Source of the DNA: Myxococcota bacterium
GTDB lineage: Bacteria > Myxococcota_A > UBA796 > SXON01
NCBI GenBank assembly: GCA_040386535.1
Contig: JAZKFH010000037.1
Coordinates: forward strand, 10,430-74,429
Length of the DNA: 64,000 bases
Direction: 5' to 3'
The number at the start of each line of letters is the position of its first letter. The stretch's first letter is position 1. Below are positions 19,273 to 27,669 of the stretch, piece after piece. The notes under the pieces are model-generated. The model had not been told where the DNA came from, ran no database searches, and worked only from the letters and a program-made list of their open reading frames with translations. The translations under genes were made by a program, and so were the position numbers.

Positions 19273-21042
19273 CGCGGCAAATTGTCCCGGCTGGCCCTCG
19301 CCGTCAACCTCCCGCTCGCGATGGGCTGCGTCGAGACGGCGCGCCCGACCCCGGGCGCCCCTCTCGCGGACGACGCGCTCGTGATCCCGTTCGCGCGCCC
19401 GTCCCCCGCGTCGTTCCACCTCCCGCCCCACCGTGGTTACACCGACCCGCGCGTCGGCGGCACCGTGCGCGATCTGGTGCCGCGGGGCCTGCTCCCCGCG
19501 CCCGCCCCCGCGACCCTGTACGTGCTCGACCAGCTCGCCGCCCCGGTGCGCGACGCGCGCTTCGACACCACCTTGGGCGACCGCCTCGCGGACCAACTCG
19601 AGGCCGCGGAGGACGAGGGCCGCCCCGTCGGCACGTACGGCACCGGCGCGTTGTCGTACGCCGAGCTCATGGGGGACGATGTGCACGCCGGCGCGTGCGA
19701 ATTTCCCCAGGTGATCTCGACGGTGGAGCACGAGGGCGAGGAGTGGGAGATCACGCTCGCCCTCAACAAGATCGAGAGCTTCGTCGGGGAGCTCACCCTG
19801 GCGATGGGCGAGCTGCCCGAGGATTGCGTGGAGGATCTGCTGGAGTCGGCGGGCGACATCGTGGCGTCGGGCCGGTGCTCCTCTACGGACGAGGCGATGT
19901 TCTTCCCGGAGGGCTCGGAGTGCCGCGCCTGCGTGGAGGCCGGCGTGGGTGACATCGCCGCGTGCCAGGCCGAGGGGCGGTGCGCCGCCGAGGCGCCCGT
20001 GCTCGAGTCCAGCGGCGGAGACCTCTGGAACCGATTCGAGGCGACCATCTTGACGTGCGCGCCGGACCACACCGTGCCCGCGTACGTCCTCGCCCACGCC
20101 GACGCGTCGGGGGCGCCGCCCGAGCCGTTCGACTACACGAATTGGCACTCCGCCTGCGTACCGTTCTGGGACGACTACACCGGGGAGGTCACCCACTACT
20201 GTCAGGGGGGCGCGGACACGGTGCGGGTGGGCACCGTGGGGGTGGTCGAGGGGATGCGGCGCGAGGGGGACGACACCCCGTGGTACCGCCAACGCGCCTA
20301 TTACACACCCCGCATCGAGGTCGAGGGCGGGGTGGACCTCCGATACGCCTGGGAGGCGTACGGCTGGCTCGGTGTCGTCTCCTATCCGGTGGAGCCGGAC
20401 GACTCGAGCGGCGACGGCGTGGTCGACGCCGGGGACGACTACTTCGGCTACCAATATGGGTCCTGGGGCCTCAACCCCCTGCACACCCGCCTCGACGGCA
20501 CCGATGCCACCGTGCTCGACGACACGTTCGCGCGCGACTGGCTCGCGGCCATCGCGATGAAGATGGCGACCACCCGCGACGGCATCGGCATCCTGATGGC
20601 CAACCACAGCCGGTGCGCGGCCGACGCGTGGGACGATCTGGACGGCGACGGCACGTACCGCTGCACGCGCACCGAGAACCCCACCGCGGGCTGGCTCGGG
20701 GACCTCGCCCACTTCGCGTGGGACCGGGGCGCCGGGTACAGCTACCCGATGCCGGTGGCGACGATGGGCTCGACCGGCCTCCCCGACGAGAAGATCCCCG
20801 GCGGCATCGTGCCCTGGATCGCCAGCAGCCCCACGCTGGGCGACCCCGAGTGGGACGACTGCACCTGGACCGACACCTTCGTACCTGACCGCGCGCCCCT
20901 CCCCGACACCCCGCTCGACTACACGAGCGTCGGCTCCACGATGGCGGACACGTTCCGCTACGGCGGCCACGACACGGATATCCGCGTGCTCCTCTACACC
21001 AACTTCACCCGGGACTTCTGCCCGGACGCGGTGACCCCATGA
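19258..21042 (+). CDS. Cys-rich hypothetical lipoprotein
   Basis: LPLAMGC lipobox; Ca-binding-like DSSGDGVVD and DLDGDG; start uncertain. Confidence 0.8.
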   Translation: MTWSHRGKLSRLALAVNLPLAMGCVETARPTPGAPLADDALVIPFARPSPASFHLPPHRGYTDPRVGGTVRDLVPRGLLPAPAPATLYVLDQLAAPVRDARFDTTLGDRLADQLEAAEDEGRPVGTYGTGALSYAELMGDDVHAGACEFPQVISTVEHEGEEWEITLALNKIESFVGELTLAMGELPEDCVEDLLESAGDIVASGRCSSTDEAMFFPEGSECRACVEAGVGDIAACQAEGRCAAEAPVLESSGGDLWNRFEATILTCAPDHTVPAYVLAHADASGAPPEPFDYTNWHSACVPFWDDYTGEVTHYCQGGADTVRVGTVGVVEGMRREGDDTPWYRQRAYYTPRIEVEGGVDLRYAWEAYGWLGVVSYPVEPDDSSGDGVVDAGDDYFGYQYGSWGLNPLHTRLDGTDATVLDDTFARDWLAAIAMKMATTRDGIGILMANHSRCAADAWDDLDGDGTYRCTRTENPTAGWLGDLAHFAWDRGAGYSYPMPVATMGSTGLPDEKIPGGIVPWIASSPTLGDPEWDDCTWTDTFVPDRAPLPDTPLDYTSVGSTMADTFRYGGHDTDIRVLLYTNFTRDFCPDAVTP

Positions 21043-21509
21043 TGCTCGCATTGTTGGCGTGCGCCCCCGCCCCCAGCCCCGCCCCCGAGGACACCGCTCC
21101 CGCCGAGCAGGCGCCGGTCGCGGGCACCTTCGCGGTGACGGTGGAGGCGGAGTGGGCGGGCGAGTGCGACTTCGAGGATCCGGCGACCTACCGGGACGCC
21201 GAGGAGACCTGGACGTTCGACCCGCGCGCCAACGGCGTGCTCGTCCTGTTCCCGGGCGTGTGGGATGTGTTGTCCTGCGCGCTGGACGGCCCCGATTTCA
21301 CTTGTGACGAGGGCAGCTACGAGGCGGGCCGCACGCAGGTGACCCGCCTCGTCGAAGGCGTGTTCACTGCCGACGACACCATCGCGGGCGCGCTCGTGAT
21401 CGAGCTCGACTGCGGCGGCACGGGCTGTGACACGCTGACGGACGCCTACGGGCGGCGTCTCGAGTTCCCGTGCCGGTCCGAGGCGGCGTTCGCGGGGGAG
21501 CTGGAGTAG
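21039..21509 (+). CDS. Hypothetical lipoprotein
   Basis: MMLALLAC; ATGA overlap with the upstream gene. Confidence 0.8.
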   Translation: MMLALLACAPAPSPAPEDTAPAEQAPVAGTFAVTVEAEWAGECDFEDPATYRDAEETWTFDPRANGVLVLFPGVWDVLSCALDGPDFTCDEGSYEAGRTQVTRLVEGVFTADDTIAGALVIELDCGGTGCDTLTDAYGRRLEFPCRSEAAFAGELE

Positions 21510-21616
21510 GGTGTGTGTGGGGAGGGGCGTCACTGGGACGGTGTAGTCCAAGCCCCCCCGTCCGTTTCCCGAAGCCACCCGCCCCGCGTCCGCGCGGGGG
21601 GCGCACCGGCTCGCGC

Positions 21617-22594
21617 TCACGGCGGCGGAGGCCCCTCGTCCAGCGTGTTCTTCCGGAGCAGGCGCGCCCCCACGTCGCGCGTGAACAGGCCGAATTGGAC
21701 GGCGTCGAACCCGACGGCCAGCACCCAGGGGGCTTCGGAGAGGTCCCGGCCCAGGCTGCTGAAGTTCACGAGCCCCTGGACGCTCACGAAGTCGTAGAAC
21801 TCGAAGCCGCCGCCCGCGATGGTGGAGCCGAACGCGCCGCGGACCTGCTCGTCGAGCGGCTTGGAGAGGTCGGTGATCGACGTGGAGCCGACGCCGACGG
21901 AGACCAGCAGCGCGCTCTTCGTGCCGAACCAACGCAGCACGGGTGAGGTTGTCCGGAACCGCCATCCCAACGACGCGGTGACCGCGAGCACCGGAGACGT
22001 GCTGTCCGGTTGGTTCACGCCGAGGAAGCTCAGGGGGACGGTGAAGAGGACACCGGCGCCGAACTTGAGCCGCGGCCCGAGCTCCTGGGTCACGAAGAGG
22101 AACCGTTCGGGCTCCTCGCCGTCCACGCGCGCCTCGAGGAGGAGCAGGTCGCCGTCTCCGAGCGCGTAGTCGTTGTAGACGTTGGTGAGCTGCTTCAGCG
22201 GGAGGTGGAGCGGCGCTTCGAGCCGATCGGGCACGAACCGCACCTCGTTCGGGACCTCGCCGTCGAGCGCGCCCGTGACCGACCGGACCCGGGTGAAGTC
22301 CCGCCGGACGAGGCCGGGGTTGCGCACCCACAGGCGGAGCTCGACGTCCTCGCGCAGGGGCGCGACGTCGATCCATCCGGCGGACGTGATCTCGACAGCC
22401 TGGTCGAAGGTGCGGCTCCCCATCACGACCTGCTCGGGCGCGTATTCCGTGGGGGGGATGTCCTTCTCCCCGCTCTGCCAGGTGACCGCCGCGATCGATC
22501 CGCTCGGCGCCGCCTCGGTGACGTACTCCGGCGCGATCAGCGCTTTGTGGAGGCGGGTGCCGAAGCCGCAGGCGGAGAGGAGGAGGAGGAGCAC
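21617..22594 (-). CDS. Hypothetical lipoprotein with C-terminal beta-rich (possibly outer-membrane) domain
   Basis: LLLSAC lipobox; amphipathic strands; TAGAAT 9 nt upstream of the GTG. Confidence 0.85.
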   Translation of the reverse strand: MLLLLLSACGFGTRLHKALIAPEYVTEAAPSGSIAAVTWQSGEKDIPPTEYAPEQVVMGSRTFDQAVEITSAGWIDVAPLREDVELRLWVRNPGLVRRDFTRVRSVTGALDGEVPNEVRFVPDRLEAPLHLPLKQLTNVYNDYALGDGDLLLLEARVDGEEPERFLFVTQELGPRLKFGAGVLFTVPLSFLGVNQPDSTSPVLAVTASLGWRFRTTSPVLRWFGTKSALLVSVGVGSTSITDLSKPLDEQVRGAFGSTIAGGGFEFYDFVSVQGLVNFSSLGRDLSEAPWVLAVGFDAVQFGLFTRDVGARLLRKNTLDEGPPPP

Positions 22595-22652
22595 GGGGCG
22601 GAGATTCTATCGCGCCTCCCGGCGCCCGGACACCCGCTGGCCAGACCCCGGA

Positions 22653-24080
22653 CTACCCCGCGTTCGGCGCGACCTCGACCTGCACCTCGATGGTGTCGAG
22701 GATCGTGCCGTCCGCGACGACCGCGAGGACCACCGTGGTCACGATCGGCACGTCGGTGGCGACGCCGCGGAGCCGGAGCTCGAACGAGAGCGTGTCGCCG
22801 GGGCTGAAGTCCGAGAACGAGTCGGGCGAGACGGAGGCGACGAGATCGTAGGTGTCCGTCTGGACGACGACCTCCACGCTGTCGTAGACGAGCGCGCCGG
22901 TGGCGGCGGCCACGTCGTCGAGCGCGGTGGCGATTTGCCGGTTGAGGTCGGTGCCGTCCCCGGTCGTTTCGTACACCGGGGCGTCGTCGGTGCGGCCGTC
23001 CCCGTCGCGATCGACGAAGAGACCCGTCGTCTCCGTGAGGTCCGTGAGCTGCTCTTCGGCCAACGTGCCCCCGTTCACCAGGATGCCGACGATCCACGCG
23101 TTCTGCGCGAGCGCCGCCCGCGCCACGGCGAGGCCGCCCGCATCGTCGCTACACCCGCCGGGCGAGCCGTTGAGCGTGCGGTCCGACGAGTCCGGGTCGC
23201 GGAGGTAGTTGTCGGTGATGAGCACGATGACCGGCTGGCCGTCGGTCCGGAAGCCGACGCCGCCGCCGCTGCCGGTGCCGCTGACGGAGGCGTCGTAGGT
23301 GCCCGTGGCCACGCCGCCGAAGCTGTCGCGCGCCGAGGCGACGAACGGGGGAACGTCCGTGGTGGTGTCCAGGATCCCGTCACAGTCCTGATCGTAGCCG
23401 CCGCCGGTGAGCGCCTGGTAGAGGGCCTCCATGCCGGACTCGGGGCCGTCGGCGCCGGAGCGGACGCCGGTCGTGTCGATGGCATCCTGCACGTCCCCGA
23501 TGTCGTCGGTCATCTGGGTTTCGAGGTTGAAGGGGAGGTCCTGGCCCATCGAGCCATAACTCCCGAAGGCGTAGTCCTGGTACGTCGAGAACGACCAATG
23601 CGCGCCGTCCGCGGCGGAGGTGGCGCGCTCGATCGCCCCGGCATCGAGGTAGGTGATCGGGCCGCCCATCGAGCAGGTGGTGTCGAGCAACAGCGCGATG
23701 TCCAGGCCCGCGCCGCCAGCGACCACGTACTCGAGGGGCGTGTCGGTAGCGCCGCCCTCGTCGACGACCACCGCGTCGGTGGTGCGGTCCGCGCCGTCGC
23801 AGTCGGCGTCCAGGCCGTCGTTCGGGCGGTCGTACGCGCCCGGGAACACGGTGGCGTCGGTGTCGTCACAGTCGTCGCCGTCGCCAGCCGAGCCCTCCCA
23901 CCCGTCTCCGTCGCGGTCGAGCGCCGGCTCGGTGTCGGTGTCCGCGTCGGTGTCGGTGTCCGCGTCCGTGTCGGTGTCGGTGTCCGTGTCGGGGCGGGCG
24001 GTGTCCTCCTTGTCCTTGATGTCGAACTCGATGGTGGTGGTCACGCAGGCGGAGAGCAGCAGAAGGGAGGAGAGGATCAT
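22653..24080 (-). CDS. vWA (MIDAS) lipoprotein with DCDD metal-binding motif and Asp/Thr linker (cassette 2 gene 4)
   Basis: LLSAC; DTDTD linker; DCDD..FPGA..DGLDADCDG; LLDTTCSM (DxTxS); DGPESGMEALYQ; VLITDN. Confidence 0.88.
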   Translation of the reverse strand: MILSSLLLLSACVTTTIEFDIKDKEDTARPDTDTDTDTDADTDTDADTDTEPALDRDGDGWEGSAGDGDDCDDTDATVFPGAYDRPNDGLDADCDGADRTTDAVVVDEGGATDTPLEYVVAGGAGLDIALLLDTTCSMGGPITYLDAGAIERATSAADGAHWSFSTYQDYAFGSYGSMGQDLPFNLETQMTDDIGDVQDAIDTTGVRSGADGPESGMEALYQALTGGGYDQDCDGILDTTTDVPPFVASARDSFGGVATGTYDASVSGTGSGGGVGFRTDGQPVIVLITDNYLRDPDSSDRTLNGSPGGCSDDAGGLAVARAALAQNAWIVGILVNGGTLAEEQLTDLTETTGLFVDRDGDGRTDDAPVYETTGDGTDLNRQIATALDDVAAATGALVYDSVEVVVQTDTYDLVASVSPDSFSDFSPGDTLSFELRLRGVATDVPIVTTVVLAVVADGTILDTIEVQVEVAPNAG

Positions 24081-24976
24081 CGGGTCTCCGGGGAGCAGAG
24101 GGTGACGAGGGCGCTGTCCTCCCCCAGGGCGCCGGCGCCCGCGAGGGATTCGAGGTGGGGGAGGGCCGCGGCGCAGTCGCCCGCGGCGACGTGGAGCCGG
24201 GCGGCGACGCGACGAAGCTCGAGGTCACGCGCGCCGGGCCAGGCGCGGAGGGCGTGCTCGGCGGCGGCGAGCGCGTCCGTTTCCCGGTGCTGGGTGAGCA
24301 GCGCGTGGACGCGCATCGCGCCGAGCTCGTTGCCGGCGGCGTCCCGCGCGTCGGGTCGGGCGAGCGCCGCGTCGATCTCGTCGAGCGTCACGTCGGCGCC
24401 GATCCCGCGCGCCTGCAGGGAACGGATGCGCCCGACGGCGCCCGCGGCGGTGCGGGGCAGGCACGTGCGGGTCTGCTCGGCGACGAGGAGCGTGGAGCCC
24501 CCGAAGGCACAGTCCACCTCGACCCGGCCGTGGGCGACGGTGACGTGGGTGCCGAGCGCGTCGCGGTGCACGGTGAAGCCGGTGCCGACGACCATGACCC
24601 TCGCCTCGTCGGTGACCACCGCGAGCTGTACGCCACGGTTCGGCTCGACCTCCACGGCGAGCGCGCCGTGGGACCAGGCGATCTCGATGCGCTCGTCCGC
24701 CTGCCGGGCGTTGCCTTCCCCGTCGGCGGAGAGCTGTACGTCGGCGGTGAGCGCGAGCTCCCCTCGGGTGAGGGGCACGTCCGCGACGGGGGTGGGCGGG
24801 CGCAGGAGCGTCAGGAGGACCGCCGCGGCGAGGGCGAGGCCGAGGGGCAATACGACGATGGGCGTGCGGAGACGTCGGCGGGGCGCGCGGAGGCGGTCCC
24901 GGAGGCGGCGCTCGGTGTCGGGGCGGAGCTCGCCGGCCGCCCGGTACTCCTCGAGGAGGGAGCGGTAGTCAGCCAT
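24077..24976 (-). CDS. FecR-domain anti-sigma factor (cassette 2)
   Basis: MADY start; TM; VMVVGTGFTV..HGRVEV; clear paralog of 9528-10421. Confidence 0.85.
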   Translation of the reverse strand: MADYRSLLEEYRAAGELRPDTERRLRDRLRAPRRRLRTPIVVLPLGLALAAAVLLTLLRPPTPVADVPLTRGELALTADVQLSADGEGNARQADERIEIAWSHGALAVEVEPNRGVQLAVVTDEARVMVVGTGFTVHRDALGTHVTVAHGRVEVDCAFGGSTLLVAEQTRTCLPRTAAGAVGRIRSLQARGIGADVTLDEIDAALARPDARDAAGNELGAMRVHALLTQHRETDALAAAEHALRAWPGARDLELRRVAARLHVAAGDCAAALPHLESLAGAGALGEDSALVTLCSPETR

Positions 24977-25523
24977 CGAAGGGCTCCTCCAGCAGCAGGA
25001 CGACGGTGAGGCCGCGGCGATCGGCCTCGACGCGGAAGGCCTCGCGGGCGAGGCGGAGGCGGCTCTTGACCGTGCCGACGGGGACGCCGAGGAGCACTGC
25101 CACGTCCGCGCGCGAGCGTTCTTCCACGTCGCAGAGCACGAGCACCTCGCGGTGCTGCTCCCCGAGCGCGTGGAGGATCGCGTGCACCAGGCGCGTGCGC
25201 TCGGCGCTCGCGTAGTCGCGATGCGGGTCGGTGCCGGCCGGGCCCTCGGGCTCGCGTCCCGGGAACCAGCGCCGGAGCCAGGCCGTGCGTCGCTGCACGC
25301 GGACGACATGCCGGGTGATGCCCCAGGCCCACGGCAGGATCGGGGCGCCGGGGCGCAGATCGGCGCGCCGCCGCAGCAGCACGATCAACACCTCGTGCGC
25401 GGCGGCCTCGGCGTCCATCCCCGGCGACGCCAGCCGCGCGCACCAGCCCGTCACGACCGGCAGCACCTCGGCGAGGAACGTGTCCTCATCATCGGGCGGG
25501 TGGCTGGGCAGCGGACGTTCCAT
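24969..25523 (-). CDS. ECF sigma-70 factor (cassette 2)
   Basis: REVLVLCDVEERSRADVAVLLGVPVGTVKSRLRLAREAFR; paralog of 8969-9535. Confidence 0.92.
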   Translation of the reverse strand: MERPLPSHPPDDEDTFLAEVLPVVTGWCARLASPGMDAEAAAHEVLIVLLRRRADLRPGAPILPWAWGITRHVVRVQRRTAWLRRWFPGREPEGPAGTDPHRDYASAERTRLVHAILHALGEQHREVLVLCDVEERSRADVAVLLGVPVGTVKSRLRLAREAFRVEADRRGLTVVLLLEEPFDG

Positions 25524-26961
25524 CACTCCATCTTGTCCGGAGCTCGGGCTCGGGATCACTCCGGGCGCGAAATAGCAGCCCGGCCCCGATCCAGGCGCGC
25601 CCGAGCTCCGCGACGGTCTCGCCGCGCTGGACGAGCGCGACGCCCCGCAGGTCCAGGCCGCCCTCGGCAAACACCTCGACGCGAAGCCACCCGGTGACCC
25701 CGACCCCCGCCCCCACCTCGGCGACGAGGGCCGACGTCAGGCCCGTCTGTGGGTCGGCGCCGTCCTCGCGGAAGACGAACAGCTCCACCGCGGGGCCCAC
25801 CTCCGCGTAGAGGCCCGCCCCGCCGGGGAGCCGCGCCCCGACCAGGGCCGCCGCGCGCGCCGCGGTAAGCGGATGGTCCGGCTCGGTGCGCGCGAAGCTG
25901 GCGGCCACCTGGGCGCCCGCGGTGAGGAGCCCGATGTCGACGTGCCCGCCGAGCCGCGCGCCGGGGCCGGGGGTGAGGCCGGCGCGGAAGGTGGCGGAGG
26001 GGCCGGCGGTGACGGAGAGGGTCGGGGGTGGGGCGCCTTCGGTTTGAGCCGCTGCGGGTGGGGCTGCGGTGGCGGGGACGGGCGCTTTCGCGGCGAGCGG
26101 CGGCCTCGCGCGGGTGTCTTCGGGCGCTCGGGTAGAGGCGTCGGTGGCGGGCGCTGCCGCGGCGAGCGGCGGCCTCGCGCGCGTGTCCTCGGGCGCTCGC
26201 GCGGCGGCGTCGATCGGCGTGGCGGGGGCGGCGTCGACCGGTGCCCGGGCCGTGAGCGTGGGCAGCGGCGGGGCGGCGTCGACCGGCGGCCCCGCGTCCA
26301 GCGCCAACCCCGCGTCGGACGCGGGCGCGGCCGCCGCGTCCACCGCCGCCCCCGCTTGGGACGCTGGCGACCTCGTCTCCACCGTGTCGTCGGGCGCGCT
26401 CGCGTCAGGATCGGCGGGAGCCGCGGGTGCCGTCGACCCTGTCGTCCCCGACGCATCCGAGCGCGGAGGAGGCGGGACGGTGGGGCGTGGGCGCGCCGCC
26501 GGAGGCCTCGCGGCGGTCTCGGCCGCGACACGCACCGGGGTGGGCGGCGGGGGCGGTGGCACCGGGAGCATCGCGACCGCGAGTGTCTTCGTCGCCACCA
26601 CGTTCGCCGCCACCACCGCCGGCGCGACCACTTGCGGCGTCACCCCCGGAGCCACCGGCGCGGCGACGCGCGGCAGGGGCAGCGTCGCGATCGGTCCCGG
26701 CTCCAACAGGCTCGCCGCGAGCATCGCCACGTCCTCGCGCGCGCGCCCCGACCGGGGCTTGGGCACGCGTGCCGTCCGCGCGCCGGACGCGCCCGCCGCG
26801 GTCAACACCCACGTGTCGCCGTCGATCCGCACCCGCACGACGCCGGTCGCGCCGGCGGGCTCGACCAGCGCGAACGCGGACTCCCAGTCCCCGGGCGCCT
26901 CGTCGGGGGGCAGCTCCAGCCAGGGTGCGGCGTGAGCGAGCGCGACGAGCAGCCAAAACAT
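25489..26961 (-). CDS. Secreted Pro/Ala-stalk plus beta-barrel-like protein (cassette 2 gene 1)
   Basis: MFWLLVALAHAA signal; REDVAMLAASLL; APEDTRARPPLAA occurs twice in the stalk; paralog of 7626-8936. Confidence 0.75.
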   Translation of the reverse strand: MFWLLVALAHAAPWLELPPDEAPGDWESAFALVEPAGATGVVRVRIDGDTWVLTAAGASGARTARVPKPRSGRAREDVAMLAASLLEPGPIATLPLPRVAAPVAPGVTPQVVAPAVVAANVVATKTLAVAMLPVPPPPPPTPVRVAAETAARPPAARPRPTVPPPPRSDASGTTGSTAPAAPADPDASAPDDTVETRSPASQAGAAVDAAAAPASDAGLALDAGPPVDAAPPLPTLTARAPVDAAPATPIDAAARAPEDTRARPPLAAAAPATDASTRAPEDTRARPPLAAKAPVPATAAPPAAAQTEGAPPPTLSVTAGPSATFRAGLTPGPGARLGGHVDIGLLTAGAQVAASFARTEPDHPLTAARAAALVGARLPGGAGLYAEVGPAVELFVFREDGADPQTGLTSALVAEVGAGVGVTGWLRVEVFAEGGLDLRGVALVQRGETVAELGRAWIGAGLLFRARSDPEPELRTRWSDGTSAAQPPAR

Positions 26962-27053
26962 CGGGGCAGCGTACACGCAGTTTGCCGCCCGGCGCGTGCT
27001 GGCCCTCGCCGCTCGGGGGCGGCGCGGGTCGGGCGTCGAGGTACCTTGTTCTC

Positions 27054-27641
27054 GTGCACGCGCTCCTCCTCGGCCTCTCCCTGCTGCTTCCGGTCCTCCC
27101 CGGGTGCGTGACGCCCGCGCCCGAACAGCCGGGCCCGGCCGAGCAGGGCGATGCCGACGACACCCTGCCGTGCAGCTTCGAGCTCGACTCCGCCGATACC
27201 GTGCCCCTCGGGCCGTCCACCGTCGTCTACGCGGTGCGGCACGCCGAGAAGGGCGAGGGCGCCGATCCCGATCTCACCGAGGCCGGCAAGGCCCGCGCCG
27301 ACGCGCTCGTGGGCGTGATGGATGCCCTGCCGCTCGTGGCCGTCTACGCGACCGACCTCGTGCGCACCCAGCAGACCGTCGCCCCGACCGCCGAGGCCCA
27401 CGGCCTCCCCATCCACATCGACCTCGACCCCGAGGAGGCGCTCGCGGCGCACATCCTGGCCAGCCACGTGGGCGAGTCGGTGCTCCACGCCGGCCACTCC
27501 TACACCCTGGACGACTTCATGGCGGCCCTCGGCGTGGCCGACCCGCCCACCGCGAGCGGCTACGGTGACCTGTGGAGGATCACCATCCGGGCCGACGGTA
27601 CGGTGACGCTCGAGACGTCCTGCTTCGGGGAGATGGACTAG
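27054..27641 (+). CDS. Histidine phosphatase (SixA/PGM-like) lipoprotein
   Basis: LPGC lipobox; VRHAEK, LTEAG..RA, RTQQT, GHS motifs. Confidence 0.88.
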   Translation: MHALLLGLSLLLPVLPGCVTPAPEQPGPAEQGDADDTLPCSFELDSADTVPLGPSTVVYAVRHAEKGEGADPDLTEAGKARADALVGVMDALPLVAVYATDLVRTQQTVAPTAEAHGLPIHIDLDPEEALAAHILASHVGESVLHAGHSYTLDDFMAALGVADPPTASGYGDLWRITIRADGTVTLETSCFGEMD

Positions 27642-27669
27642 TCGGGGGCAGGGTCCACCGGGCGTCGCT

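Noticed and set aside
15209..22611. Diversity-generating retroelement TR/VR pair or RNA-derived retrocopy
   Set aside because: No adenine-specific substitutions and no reverse transcriptase in the window; the copy includes the putative -10 element, which an mRNA copy would lack.
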